DNA from: Bacteroidales bacterium
Lineage (GTDB): Bacteria > Bacteroidota > Bacteroidia > Bacteroidales > JAADJA01
NCBI GenBank assembly: GCA_020438105.1
Contig: JAGQVE010000011.1
Coordinates: 8,451-72,450, forward strand
DNA: 64,000 bases
Reading direction: 5' to 3'
Below are positions 16,058-26,381 of this stretch, piece by piece (position 1 is the stretch's first letter; each line of letters begins with the position of its first letter). Below the pieces are notes generated by a model, which was not told the origin of the DNA, did no database searches, and worked only from the letters and a program-made list of their open reading frames with translations. The translations under genes and the position numbers were made by a program.

Positions 16058-18952
16058 ATGAAGTACATAATATTTGTTTTTATAATTGTTTTACAACCGC
16101 TTGTAATAAAGTCACAGAAATTAGAAAGTGCGCAGGTTGCAGAATTGGTAAAAAAATATAAAACCGATTTAAAAGGACCTTATAAGGATATTCGGTGGTT
16201 TTGTAAGGATGGTAGCACAAGGCCTCCGAAAGAACGCTGCCCCGAACCCGGATTTCAGCGCGCCCGCTATAAGGATGAGGTTGAGAGATTAGCCGAAACC
16301 AATCACATATTTCTGGGGCAGATCCTTTCAACTACAGATTTTGCTGCATTCCTCGATAAGGAGAATAATTATTCAAGGCTTAAACAGTATATGCTTGGTA
16401 GGTATCTTTTCCGCACCGATAATGGCTGGGTTTTGCAAAAAGCCCAATATTATCGTGGTGCCGTTCAGGCTGAAGATGAAGAACTTTGGGGAATTAACTT
16501 TTTCCAATGGCTTTTAAAAGATGAATCGCAGCTTAGTAATAATTTTTGCCTGATCAGGGAGGCAGCTAAGGATATTCCACACCAGGGAGATAACAACCGA
16601 ACCCAACTTATCCGCTCCTTATCAAAAGAATTATCTGACAGCCTTCCCGATTTTATGAATATCCGGATCAAAATTCATGGCAATCCTGGTGAGGAAGATA
16701 TTCAAAGTGTAAAAAAGTTCAGGCAGGCCAACATCAAGAGCATCTCTTCAGTTCAATTAAAAAAGATAGATGATCTGATACTGAATATGGAAGTAGCATT
16801 CCAACCTGCTGATCTTACAAGCTTAAAAAAATACTTAAAACAGTTACCTGCAGAATCAGTAACTTATCAAAACATTCAAAATTTGATCAGCGACTATCCT
16901 GGCTGGAAACCTGGTAAAGACCGGATTATCAATTTATCGGAAACCTTGCTTAAAATTAGGTATACCCTCCAAACCGATCTCAAACCCAATGCAAAACTGG
17001 CCCTTTTAGATATTTCTGTGAAATTGGAGGGTATCCTCTTCAGAGAAATATCCCACTGGCCAAACAACACCCTCAATGATCTTTTACTAAAAACTTATTT
17101 TTTGGGGATGGCAGCAGCAGGGTGCGGCTATATAGAAATATGGGAATGGGAAGAAATACGCAATCAACTCTACCAGCTTGATCAGAAAACTTTATCCTTG
17201 CTTGATTTAAACAACCTGCTTGCCTCCTCCAGGCGGATGGTTGAGTGGAGTACAGGAATGTTACGGGCTAATTTTAAAAATGTAGTAGAGCTTTACCTGC
17301 CCTTTGAGCCAATAGCCCAGGGCTTTATCGACGACCGTATTCGAGCTTCCCTCCTGCTTTCTTTTGGAGAGCACGTAAGTGATCTTGGAAATTTTATTGC
17401 AACTGAAGCTGACCTTTCCAACCAGGTGCTAAATATCAAAGGGCAGGGACATTTTCGCGGGCTTAATCCTGGATTTGCCATGGGTGAGCTGGTGGTGCTG
17501 GAAGAGATGAATGATAACACAGAGATATCGAGTGATAAAATCTATGTTTTTGAGCATCCGCCTGCCGATTTAAAACCGGTAGCTGGAATTGCAACGGTAA
17601 CTGAGGGAAATCAGGTTTCGCATGTGCAATTACTTGCTCGTAATCTTGGCATCCCCAATACAGTGCTTTCAGCCGAAAATCTTGAATCCCTGAAACCCTT
17701 TAGCGGACAGATAGTGTTTTATGCTGTTTCAAACAGAGGCACTGTAATCATGAAAACAGCCGACCAAATGACAGAAAACGAAAGGAAGCTGTTTGCTGCA
17801 AAGAAGCAACTAGAGACTAAAATAAAAGTTCCAACTGATAAAATTGATTTAAATCAAACAAAAGTTCTTGATCTAAAGGATGTGCAGGCTAAACATTCAG
17901 GGAAAGTATGCGGACCAAAAGCTGCTAATCTTGGCGAGCTAAAAATGCTATTTCCGGACAATGTGGTTGAAGGACTGGTAATTCCCTTTGGGATATTCAG
18001 AAAGCATATGAATCAGACCATCCCCGGTAGGCAAATTTCGTACTGGGATTTTTTAAATGATATTTTTAGTGAAGCAGATAATATGAAGCTACAGGGTAAA
18101 ACAGAAGAACAAATTGATAAATTCACACTGGATCAACTTGAGGTTCTGCGGGGACTGATTAAAAATATGCCTTTATCTGCTGATTTTATTCAGGATATTG
18201 AATCTCAATTTATTAGGATTTTTGGGAAAGAACTGGGCCAAATACCTGTTTTTCTGCGAAGCGATACTAATATGGAAGATCTGAAAGATTTTACAGGCGC
18301 AGGCCTAAACCTTACACTTTTTAATGTGCTCGATAAGGATAAAATCTATCAGGGCATTAAAGACGTTTGGGCTTCACCCTACGCCGAAAGAAGTTATAAA
18401 TGGAGGCAAAAACTTTTGTTGAATCCGCAGGATGTGTATCCTTCTATATTGGTTATTCCAGGTGTAAATAATGACTGCTCTGGTGTTTTAATCACAAAAG
18501 GAATTCTATCTGATGAGAGCGAAGGATTAACCATAGCTTTTAGCAGAGGTGTGGGTGGCGCTGTTGAAGGGCAGATAGCCGAGTCATATTCCATTTCAGC
18601 TGAAGGTGTGCACCTTTTACTCTCACCTTCACGGGAAGTATATTACACAGCCCTGTCAGAATCAGGAGGTACTGAACGAAAAACAACCACCTTTGAAAAG
18701 CCTGTGCTTAGCGAACAAAACCTTGATCAGATAAGGCTTTTCGCAGATAATATAAAAGTAAAAATACGTAAACAGGATCCCGGTAATCCGGGTCCGTATG
18801 ATATTGAACTTGGAATTAGAAATGGGAAAATTTGGTTGTTTCAGATCCGACCTTTTGTTGAAAATAAAAATGCCAAAGGATCAGCATATTTAGAATCCAT
18901 TTCGCCTAAAATATCAGATCATAAAGCCTTTGATATAAATAAATCACTATAG
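16058..18952 (+). CDS. PEP-utilising-enzyme family protein: N-terminal unknown domain, then swivel phospho-His domain, then PPDK_N-type ATP-grasp domain
   Basis: First ATG is at 16058 (the ORF-track start at 16016 is TTG). N-terminal hydrophobic segment MKYIIFVFIIVLQPLVIKSQ. Swivel motif GIATVTEGNQVSHVQLLARNLGIPN, with the His codon at 17621-17623. ATP-grasp motifs CGPKAANLGELK, FLRSDTNMEDL, LNLTLFNV, VWASPYAERSYKWR. Confidence 0.75.
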   Translation: MKYIIFVFIIVLQPLVIKSQKLESAQVAELVKKYKTDLKGPYKDIRWFCKDGSTRPPKERCPEPGFQRARYKDEVERLAETNHIFLGQILSTTDFAAFLDKENNYSRLKQYMLGRYLFRTDNGWVLQKAQYYRGAVQAEDEELWGINFFQWLLKDESQLSNNFCLIREAAKDIPHQGDNNRTQLIRSLSKELSDSLPDFMNIRIKIHGNPGEEDIQSVKKFRQANIKSISSVQLKKIDDLILNMEVAFQPADLTSLKKYLKQLPAESVTYQNIQNLISDYPGWKPGKDRIINLSETLLKIRYTLQTDLKPNAKLALLDISVKLEGILFREISHWPNNTLNDLLLKTYFLGMAAAGCGYIEIWEWEEIRNQLYQLDQKTLSLLDLNNLLASSRRMVEWSTGMLRANFKNVVELYLPFEPIAQGFIDDRIRASLLLSFGEHVSDLGNFIATEADLSNQVLNIKGQGHFRGLNPGFAMGELVVLEEMNDNTEISSDKIYVFEHPPADLKPVAGIATVTEGNQVSHVQLLARNLGIPNTVLSAENLESLKPFSGQIVFYAVSNRGTVIMKTADQMTENERKLFAAKKQLETKIKVPTDKIDLNQTKVLDLKDVQAKHSGKVCGPKAANLGELKMLFPDNVVEGLVIPFGIFRKHMNQTIPGRQISYWDFLNDIFSEADNMKLQGKTEEQIDKFTLDQLEVLRGLIKNMPLSADFIQDIESQFIRIFGKELGQIPVFLRSDTNMEDLKDFTGAGLNLTLFNVLDKDKIYQGIKDVWASPYAERSYKWRQKLLLNPQDVYPSILVIPGVNNDCSGVLITKGILSDESEGLTIAFSRGVGGAVEGQIAESYSISAEGVHLLLSPSREVYYTALSESGGTERKTTTFEKPVLSEQNLDQIRLFADNIKVKIRKQDPGNPGPYDIELGIRNGKIWLFQIRPFVENKNAKGSAYLESISPKISDHKAFDINKSL

Positions 18953-18955
18953 ATC

Positions 18956-20212
18956 ATGAAAAAGTCAGTAAAGTTTATATTCCTGATTTCGCTGGTTTTG
19001 GTTTTGCAAATCGACTCTTTTGCTTACCCGTACGATGGTTATTATATTTCAGGTATTCGGCGATTGGTTCGATTGCACCTTATCATGATCGGCGCCATAA
19101 ATGAACAAAAGCCTGTAGAAGGTGCACAGCTAAAGCTATCAGAAATAAAGCTCAACCTAATGAATGAAAAAGGGGATAGCCTGGAAACATTTCCGAAGCC
19201 CGACCCGGAATTGCAAAAATCGATCAATGCATTATTTCCAAATCTTGATGAAAGTTATTCAGTCTGTCTGCTTGATATTACCCAGGGAAAACCGTTAAGA
19301 TATGCTTGCCGGCAGGAAAAAAGGGGGTTTATGCCCGGAAGTGTAGCCAAACTGGCGGTGATCGCTGGCTTTTTTAACGAACTGCAAAAAATATATCCCG
19401 ACTCGTTTGAAAAACGACAGGAATTGATGAAGAACCATCGGGTAAGAGCCGGCAAGTGGGCAAATTATGATGAGCATACGGTTCCGGTTTATAACCTTGA
19501 AACCCAAAAATATTATAAAAAGATCGTTCAGGAGTCAGATACCTTTAACCTCTATGAATGGGCTGACCATATGATTTCTGCCAGCAACAATGCCGCAGCC
19601 AGTGTTCTTTGGAAGGAAGCTATGCTTATGCATGCATTTGGTAAAAATTATCCTCCAACCGCCAGCGAGGAAGCAGCGTTTTTTGCTACCACATCAAAAA
19701 CAGAATTAAAGGAAATTGCAATGCAGGTAGTGGATGAACCCTTACGCGCCCTCGGTATTACAAAAGAGGAATTTAACCTGGGAAGCATGTTTACACGGGA
19801 TGCCAAACAAATGGTTCCCGGCGAAGGTGGTACTATTGCAAGCCCCTTTGGATTGATGAAATACCTTGTGGCTATGGAGCGAGGCCAGATTGTTGACTCC
19901 TCTTCCAGTTTGGAAATTAAACGATTGATGTACGCTACAGATCGGCGTATCCGATATGCGGCCTCCACGGCTCTGGATAAGGCAGCAGTTTATTTTAAAT
20001 CAGGAAGCCTTTACAAATGCAAGCCAGAAGAAGGTTTTGAATGCAAAAAATATCATGGTAATATCGAGAATTACATGAACTCAGTTGCAATTATCGAACA
20101 TCCCGACGGGAAAACCTATATGGTAACATTAATGTCGAATGTATTAAGGAAAAATTCAGCAAACGATCATTTTTATCTCGCCACACAAATTGATAAAATA
20201 ATGCGGAAATAG
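18956..20212 (+). CDS. Exported serine hydrolase, class-A beta-lactamase-like fold
   Basis: Signal peptide MKKSVKFIFLISLVLVLQIDSFA. SxxK (PGSVAKLAV), SxN-like (SASNNAAA) and KSG (FKSGSLY) motifs occur in order. Confidence 0.7.
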   Translation: MKKSVKFIFLISLVLVLQIDSFAYPYDGYYISGIRRLVRLHLIMIGAINEQKPVEGAQLKLSEIKLNLMNEKGDSLETFPKPDPELQKSINALFPNLDESYSVCLLDITQGKPLRYACRQEKRGFMPGSVAKLAVIAGFFNELQKIYPDSFEKRQELMKNHRVRAGKWANYDEHTVPVYNLETQKYYKKIVQESDTFNLYEWADHMISASNNAAASVLWKEAMLMHAFGKNYPPTASEEAAFFATTSKTELKEIAMQVVDEPLRALGITKEEFNLGSMFTRDAKQMVPGEGGTIASPFGLMKYLVAMERGQIVDSSSSLEIKRLMYATDRRIRYAASTALDKAAVYFKSGSLYKCKPEEGFECKKYHGNIENYMNSVAIIEHPDGKTYMVTLMSNVLRKNSANDHFYLATQIDKIMRK

Positions 20213-23062
20213 CTAATCAGCCTTCAACAGGGAGGCAAGTGCATCTTTTGCAAATGTGCTCACTTTGCGGTTTTCACTTTGGGTAAATTGCGCAGCAAGG
20301 GGTATGTACTTTTTATCTCCGATTTGCTGTATCAGGTACAAAACGGCCAGGTTTACACGAATATCATTACCAGCCAGCAACATCGACAGGCACTGGAACT
20401 CATTTGGAATTTTAATATTCAGGTTTTTGATGGCTTCATTGGAGATATTTTCAAGCAAAGCTGTTTCGACAATCGGTATCAATAAACGCTTCAAATTGGT
20501 ATCAAGCAAATTGTCAAGGAATTCAATGGCATCTGCCCGCAAATCAGATTTATCACTTTGCAAACCCTGATAGATTTTAAATATGTCGTCAGGGGGATAT
20601 TTTAAACCTAACAGTCTGAATATTCGTTCGAGATTTCCATCTAACCTTCGTTCTAACAGCGTTATCAGGCTCTTACGAGCATCGGCAATGTTTTGCCTCA
20701 CCGATTCAGGCGAATCATAAACAACCATATCCAATTTATTGGATTCCGCATAAAGTGCAGTGATGGTATCAAGATATAATCGTGCTTCGCTAAGAATGCG
20801 ACGCATGACATCCTTTTTATTATATTTTAATTGCGGATGATCCAGCTTAAGTTCATTCAAAGCCCGAAGTGCTTCCATCCTTATTCCAATCTCCGGATGA
20901 TCTATCAAACCGAATAAAAATGATACAGCCCGCTGTGTTCCAATCTTTTTCACAATGGCTGGTAAAAATTTCAGCAGTTCCTGTTCAAGTTGTTTATGCT
21001 CAATTTTAAATTCCAGATGATCAAGAATACCGCTTCCATAGTTGGCAAGCGCCAGTGTGGCCGTTTCCCTGTGCGATTCAATATATAGTTTTAACAGCAA
21101 CGGATCAATAAATTCAGGGTGAAGTGTATTTCCAGCTGCTCTTAAAGCGTGATTCACAACGGCAGAATCATCAAAATTAATAACCTCCAAAATAAAAGGA
21201 TAATACGGTTTTAAGGTAGCATTGCTAATGGCCTTTAACACATAAACCTTGCGATCTGTCAATTCTTCGGGATCTTTGATCGTTTTCAATCCTTCTATTT
21301 TTTTCCTGATAATTTCATCCAGGCCAAATATTTTCTGAAGATCCGGATTATTCTTCGATTCAGCTGCCAAACTTACCAATGCAGCGCCCCTTACACGATA
21401 ATCATAGTCCTTCATATATTCTCTGAAAAGTTTCACCTTTTCAGAGGTGTAATTTAAAAGGAAGTCGAATGCCGCAATTTTTACCAATTGCTCAGGATCA
21501 TGGGTCATCAACCTGATTTCATCCTGGTATCCTTTTGCTTTCATGTAATTCAAACAGGTTATCGCATCTGCTCTCACAACTGATGATGGATGTTTTAAAA
21601 GTCCTGCAACATTCTCAACTATCCTGTCATCCGGAAGTTCTTTGATTTTTTGAAGAACAAATAATATTTGTTTTTCCGAACCCTGCTTAAGCACTTTTTG
21701 TAAACCACTTAACACCGATTCCCGGCTAAAATCAATTCCTGTGGGCTTTGTAGTTTCATCTTTCAACAAGCTGACCCGTAATTTGATAGACCGCAGATAT
21801 TCATTTTTTGTGAGTCTTACAAAATAGATCCAAACAAAAAACAAAATCAATATCATGATGCTAATGAACCGGGTGGATAAATCGAGACCAATAACGAGGA
21901 AGATTAGGATGAGCCCGCCTATGCCGGTAGCAGCGCTATCAACAAAAACATCAATAAAACTCTTTGTCTGATTTTTAATCTCTGTTGGAACCGGTAGCGC
22001 AAGCAATTCCATACCTGATTTGTTTACTGATTGTTTAAGACTTCCATCAATGAGTTTTAAAATAATTGCGGCCCACAATTCAGGAAAAACCAGCAACAAA
22101 ACAGCACCGGCCATGATTCCAAGTGGCAAAATAAAAAGTGAGGTGCCTACCCCAAATATTCCAACTACTTTTCGGGTAACAAATAATTGAATTGCAAGTG
22201 AAATGACATTGAAGTTTGAAAACCAGAATCCAAAAAAAGCAGTCAAGTCATCCGGGTTTTGAATATTGGCAGATGCGATGGCACTGAATTGAAAATCGAC
22301 AAGTTTGCCTGCAATTACACCAATTCCTATAAGGATGGCAATATAAGTCAGGTGTTTTGATTTAATAATCAGAAGAAAAGGATTTTCACCAAAACCATGG
22401 GTCCGTTTTTTACGCTGATACTGGGTTTGAGTTTGAAGTACCTCTTTTTTCCATATTGTTCTTGTGATAGGAATGCAGAAAATCAATAAAAACGCTGCAA
22501 CGAAAAGCAAATTTTCAGCTTTAACGGTTTCAGCAAGGACGGTTGTGAGGTATCCTCCAAATATACCTCCTGCAATGGCACCGGCACCTATAAAGCCAAA
22601 AAGCCGTTTTGCCTCACGGGCATTAAAAACAATATTGGCCAATACCCAAAACTGAGAAGCAGATAAAACCGCAAAAATTGAAACCCAGATGTAGAACAGG
22701 TAAATAACCCAACTTTCGAAAATATTTAGTCGTAACAACACCCCAAATAATACCAGGTTAAAAATGGACCATATCATGGTTTGGGAGATAATTTTATCCA
22801 ATGGCATTCTTGTCAAAAAGCGTGAGTACACAAAGGATACAAGACCCGCAAATAGTGCTACCAGGACAAAGGCATAGGGTAAATTATCAGCTCCAAATTT
22901 TGCAAGAAACAAGCCGTTAACAGTAGGTTTAACAATGAGCAAAGTAGAAATAATCAGGAAAATATTGAGCTGCATTAACACTGCTCTTCGATATTCACCT
23001 TCACGAATATCAAAAAGTCTTCTGAGCAGGTTTTCAAAATATTTTCGAATAAATTCCATCAC
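20213..23062 (-). CDS. TLC/Npt (ATP/ADP-translocase-like) MFS-type transporter fused to C-terminal HEAT repeats
   Basis: The first ~430 aa are polytopic, with FWVLANIVFNAREAKRLFGFIGAGAIAGGIFGGYL (TLC-family signature). The C-terminal ~500 aa are helical repeats with recurring xxxVRxxAxxxL units (SSVVRADAITCL, DYRVRGAALVSL, EIGIRMEALRAL, SDLRADAIEFL). Confidence 0.7.
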   Translation of the reverse strand: MMEFIRKYFENLLRRLFDIREGEYRRAVLMQLNIFLIISTLLIVKPTVNGLFLAKFGADNLPYAFVLVALFAGLVSFVYSRFLTRMPLDKIISQTMIWSIFNLVLFGVLLRLNIFESWVIYLFYIWVSIFAVLSASQFWVLANIVFNAREAKRLFGFIGAGAIAGGIFGGYLTTVLAETVKAENLLFVAAFLLIFCIPITRTIWKKEVLQTQTQYQRKKRTHGFGENPFLLIIKSKHLTYIAILIGIGVIAGKLVDFQFSAIASANIQNPDDLTAFFGFWFSNFNVISLAIQLFVTRKVVGIFGVGTSLFILPLGIMAGAVLLLVFPELWAAIILKLIDGSLKQSVNKSGMELLALPVPTEIKNQTKSFIDVFVDSAATGIGGLILIFLVIGLDLSTRFISIMILILFFVWIYFVRLTKNEYLRSIKLRVSLLKDETTKPTGIDFSRESVLSGLQKVLKQGSEKQILFVLQKIKELPDDRIVENVAGLLKHPSSVVRADAITCLNYMKAKGYQDEIRLMTHDPEQLVKIAAFDFLLNYTSEKVKLFREYMKDYDYRVRGAALVSLAAESKNNPDLQKIFGLDEIIRKKIEGLKTIKDPEELTDRKVYVLKAISNATLKPYYPFILEVINFDDSAVVNHALRAAGNTLHPEFIDPLLLKLYIESHRETATLALANYGSGILDHLEFKIEHKQLEQELLKFLPAIVKKIGTQRAVSFLFGLIDHPEIGIRMEALRALNELKLDHPQLKYNKKDVMRRILSEARLYLDTITALYAESNKLDMVVYDSPESVRQNIADARKSLITLLERRLDGNLERIFRLLGLKYPPDDIFKIYQGLQSDKSDLRADAIEFLDNLLDTNLKRLLIPIVETALLENISNEAIKNLNIKIPNEFQCLSMLLAGNDIRVNLAVLYLIQQIGDKKYIPLAAQFTQSENRKVSTFAKDALASLLKAD

Positions 23063-23096
23063 TTGAAAAGTGCGAATTATGATAAGGTCATTTTTC

Positions 23097-23104
23097 CAAA
23101 GATA
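23097..23104 (-). promoter_or_regulatory. -7 promoter box (TATCTTTG on the minus strand)
   Basis: Exact TAnnTTTG match ~35 nt upstream of the transporter ATG at 23062. Confidence 0.3.
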
Positions 23105-23157
23105 AAGATTTCATTAAAACGGGTTTTGAAGAAGTTTTGCTGAAATGAACAGCAAGA

Positions 23158-24081
23158 TTACTCTTGAAGTACCATTTCCACATCAAGTATCAGATCCCTG
23201 CAAATCTTTTCACCATTCGGATCCTCGATCAGGGCAACAATTATATATCGTCTCCATTCAGGGCCCCAAACGAGTGCAGAGTCGGTGTGAAAGTTTTTCC
23301 ACGTCCCGGATTTCCTGAATAATCTTGCCTTTGGCGCCACCCGATCCAGGGTATTTACAAATTTGTGATGAAGATCAGGATTTTCCATCATATCCAGCAT
23401 TTCTTTTGATCTATCAAAACTCACCAGTTTACCGAATGCAAGCAAATAATAATATCTGCATACTTGCGAAACCGTTGCCGCATGACTGATCCCTTTCATT
23501 GGCTCCGGATATCGATCGCCATATTTTGCATAACGTTTTCCAACCCACAATCCACCTCCGTATTTTTCATCATACAGGTCATATTTTGGATCGGTCAGCA
23601 CCTGGTTTATTTTCTTGAAACCTAACCGGTCAATCATGCGGGTTGCGGCCGCATTATCCGAACGGCTGATCATGATCCGCATATCATTTTTGATTTCTTC
23701 CGTTTCTTCCAGTTCCCCGTCTTCAATAGCCTGTTCAGCAGCCAATAGCACTGCAATTTTTGGCAAACTGGCGGCATACATCATTACATTGCCATTTACG
23801 CGGGCATACTTAACATTCAATGGATCACGCAAGTCAACCAGTCCAACAGCCATTTTTTTCTGTTCTATAAGCTTTTTGTACTGACGATTTTTATTTAATT
23901 GCAAAAGGAGTTTTTCTTCAAGCGACTTGTCAACAAGTTCACGTAAAGGCATAATTTGCTCATCCGGTATGCGGAGCGGCAGGGTATCATAGTTCGCAGG
24001 TTTTTCATTAGTTTCCTGCGAACAAGCAGTGAAGGTTCCAGTTATTACAAATAGAATAAACAGGACTAATTTTCTTTTCAT
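23158..24081 (-). CDS. Lipoprotein serine hydrolase, class-A beta-lactamase-like
   Basis: Lipobox-like FTACSQ. SxxK (AASLPKIAV), SDN (SRSDNAAA) and KSG (RKSGTW) motifs. Confidence 0.7.
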   Translation of the reverse strand: MKRKLVLFILFVITGTFTACSQETNEKPANYDTLPLRIPDEQIMPLRELVDKSLEEKLLLQLNKNRQYKKLIEQKKMAVGLVDLRDPLNVKYARVNGNVMMYAASLPKIAVLLAAEQAIEDGELEETEEIKNDMRIMISRSDNAAATRMIDRLGFKKINQVLTDPKYDLYDEKYGGGLWVGKRYAKYGDRYPEPMKGISHAATVSQVCRYYYLLAFGKLVSFDRSKEMLDMMENPDLHHKFVNTLDRVAPKARLFRKSGTWKNFHTDSALVWGPEWRRYIIVALIEDPNGEKICRDLILDVEMVLQE

Positions 24082-24238
24082 GTTAGTTGAAATTAAAATG
24101 GGCGCAAATGTCGATCAAAAAACGATTGCCAAACATAAAAAAGTTTGTTTTAATCAAAATAATTATTTAACCACTTCGGCATAAAATATATTACTCAACA
24201 TCAACCCATTAAATACAACTACTTCCAATCAGCCCTGG

Positions 24239-26269
24239 TCATAAATTCATCTGTTGAAGGGCTTCGTTAAATTTGTCAACAGGCAATTTACAGGATGATC
24301 CGGTGCAGACAAAAATCTGTGTATTAGAACTTGAAATTCGGTTTTCACAGATAGGTAAATCCGAATATTGTTTGGTTCCTGCCAATAACACATTCGGTAA
24401 AAATTTATCATACCCTGATTTTGCTTCCTTTCTGGCTGCCGGCCCGGTAATTACGAATGTATGGTAAGGATAAACCAGATTCATCAACTGGATGCCCCAA
24501 TTAGTGAAAGCCGACGGAAATTGCTGCAACTTTTCTTCAATAGCACTCAGCATGCGATTGGCCATTTTAAAATATTCAGGCTTTTCAAAGATCAGCGATA
24601 ACTGAAATAAAACCTTTGCCATACTCGAATTTGCTGATGGGATCACATTATCCAGCACATCTATCTTCCTGCTAACTATATCGGTATGCTGATCGGATGT
24701 GTAATAAAACAGCCCGGATTCCGGATCGAAAAAATGTTCCAAGGTATAATCGGTTAATTGCCTGCCATGTTGAATCCACTTTTCATCAAAGGTTACTTCA
24801 TAAAGTGCAACAAAAGCCTCAATTGTGAAACTGTAATCATCCAGGAATCCAGGTATGGTAGCTTTTCCGTTTTTATAATTCCGGTATAATTGCCCATTTT
24901 CCTGCAAAAGGTTTTGGATTAAAAAACTACCATTGCCAATTGCCAGATCCAGGTATTTATTTTCACCAGTGGCTTTGTAAGCATCCACCAGACCTTTTAG
25001 CATCAGTGCATTCCAGGAAGTCAGGATTTTATCATCCAAACCGGGTCCGACGCGTTTGCTTCTTTTTAAAAACAATTTATGAGTAGCCTCGCTAATTTTC
25101 TTTTTAACTTCTTCTTCAGATAAATTGTATTTAAGGGCGACGGTTAAAAGAGACTTTGCTTTAACAAGAACATTTTTTCCATCTTCCCAATAAGCTTCAT
25201 CCTCAATCCCGAAATATTCGGAAACCAGGGAAGAATCTATTTTTAAAACTTCATCAATCTCTCTTTTTGTCCAAACATAAAACCTTCCTTCCTCCCCTTC
25301 ACTATCGGCATCCAAAGCCGAATAAAAGCCACCATCCGTAGAAATGAGTTCCCTGCTCACAAAATCAATAGTCTCCTGGATAATATCCCTAAATAGCTCT
25401 CTTTTTGTTGCAGCATAAGCTTCGGCATACAACGAAACCAACTGGGCATTGTCGTACAGCATTTTTTCAAAATGAGGAACATGCCAGTGGTCATCAACCG
25501 AGTATCGCGCAAATCCACCCCCAATTTGATCATAAATACCTCCGCAGGCCATTTTCGCGAGGGTGTTTTCCACATGATTCAGGATCGTTTGATCTTTGCT
25601 GTGATACCAAAAACGAAGCAAAAACTGATAAATATTGGGCATGGGGAATTTAGGGGCTCCAAGGGTTCCTCCGTTTTTAGGATCAAATCGACGAGAAAGC
25701 CCGGTGACCATTTGCTCCAAATGAGCGCTTTCAAACTCAGATTCTTTTGTATTAAAGGAGATCAGATCATTTTGCCGGATACCTTCTTCAATATCAGCTG
25801 CTTGTTTTTCCAGGTTTTCACGCTGGGTTAAAAACAAACTCCGGATCTGATCCAGCAAGCTCAGCCACTGCTCTTTGGGGAAATAAGTTGCACCCCAAAA
25901 CGGACGGCCATCCGGCAGGGCAAATGCATTGAGCGGCCAGCCTCCCCTTCCGCTGAGGGCCTGCACTGCATCCATATAAACCTGGTCCACATCGGGCCTT
26001 TCCTCCCGATCGACTTTGATGCAAATGAAATTTTCATTCATCATTTGGGCCACCTCATCATCTTCAAACGACTCATGCTCCATCACATGGCACCAGTGGC
26101 AGGCCGAATACCCGATACTCACCAAAATCGGCTTGTCCTCATCCTTTGCTTTGGCCAACGTTTCTTCATTCCAGGGATGCCATTCAACCGGATTGTGGGC
26201 ATGCTGCAATAAGTAGGGACTTGATTCGTGAATAAGCTGATTTGTAAACTTTTTTTGACTATTACTCAT
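24239..26269 (-). CDS. Thioredoxin-domain protein, YyaL/DUF255 (SSP411-like) family
   Basis: [17 protein letters not shown] ... [21 protein letters not shown], followed by a long alpha/alpha-toroid-like region. First ATG is at 26269 (the ORF-track start at 26284 is TTG). Confidence 0.85.
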   Translation of the reverse strand: MSNSQKKFTNQLIHESSPYLLQHAHNPVEWHPWNEETLAKAKDEDKPILVSIGYSACHWCHVMEHESFEDDEVAQMMNENFICIKVDREERPDVDQVYMDAVQALSGRGGWPLNAFALPDGRPFWGATYFPKEQWLSLLDQIRSLFLTQRENLEKQAADIEEGIRQNDLISFNTKESEFESAHLEQMVTGLSRRFDPKNGGTLGAPKFPMPNIYQFLLRFWYHSKDQTILNHVENTLAKMACGGIYDQIGGGFARYSVDDHWHVPHFEKMLYDNAQLVSLYAEAYAATKRELFRDIIQETIDFVSRELISTDGGFYSALDADSEGEEGRFYVWTKREIDEVLKIDSSLVSEYFGIEDEAYWEDGKNVLVKAKSLLTVALKYNLSEEEVKKKISEATHKLFLKRSKRVGPGLDDKILTSWNALMLKGLVDAYKATGENKYLDLAIGNGSFLIQNLLQENGQLYRNYKNGKATIPGFLDDYSFTIEAFVALYEVTFDEKWIQHGRQLTDYTLEHFFDPESGLFYYTSDQHTDIVSRKIDVLDNVIPSANSSMAKVLFQLSLIFEKPEYFKMANRMLSAIEEKLQQFPSAFTNWGIQLMNLVYPYHTFVITGPAARKEAKSGYDKFLPNVLLAGTKQYSDLPICENRISSSNTQIFVCTGSSCKLPVDKFNEALQQMNL

Positions 26270-26358
26270 AGTAAGAAAACGCAATGGATATTCCTTTGTT
26301 CTTCATAATAAATATAGATAAATATATTTAATATAAAAGTTTTGGTCGGAAAGATCGT

Positions 26359-26366
26359 TAATTTTG
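26359..26366 (+). promoter_or_regulatory. -7 promoter box (TAATTTTG)
   Basis: Exact TAnnTTTG match 15 nt upstream of the ATG at 26382. Confidence 0.3.
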
Positions 26367-26381
26367 TAAAAACACACCGAT

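Noticed and set aside
18956-24081. Calling the two SxxK/SDN/KSG proteins beta-lactamases (resistance genes).
   Set aside because: The motifs only place them in the class-A-like serine hydrolase fold. Their lengths and inserts differ from true class A enzymes, and the omega-loop Glu could not be verified by eye. They are kept as generic serine hydrolases.
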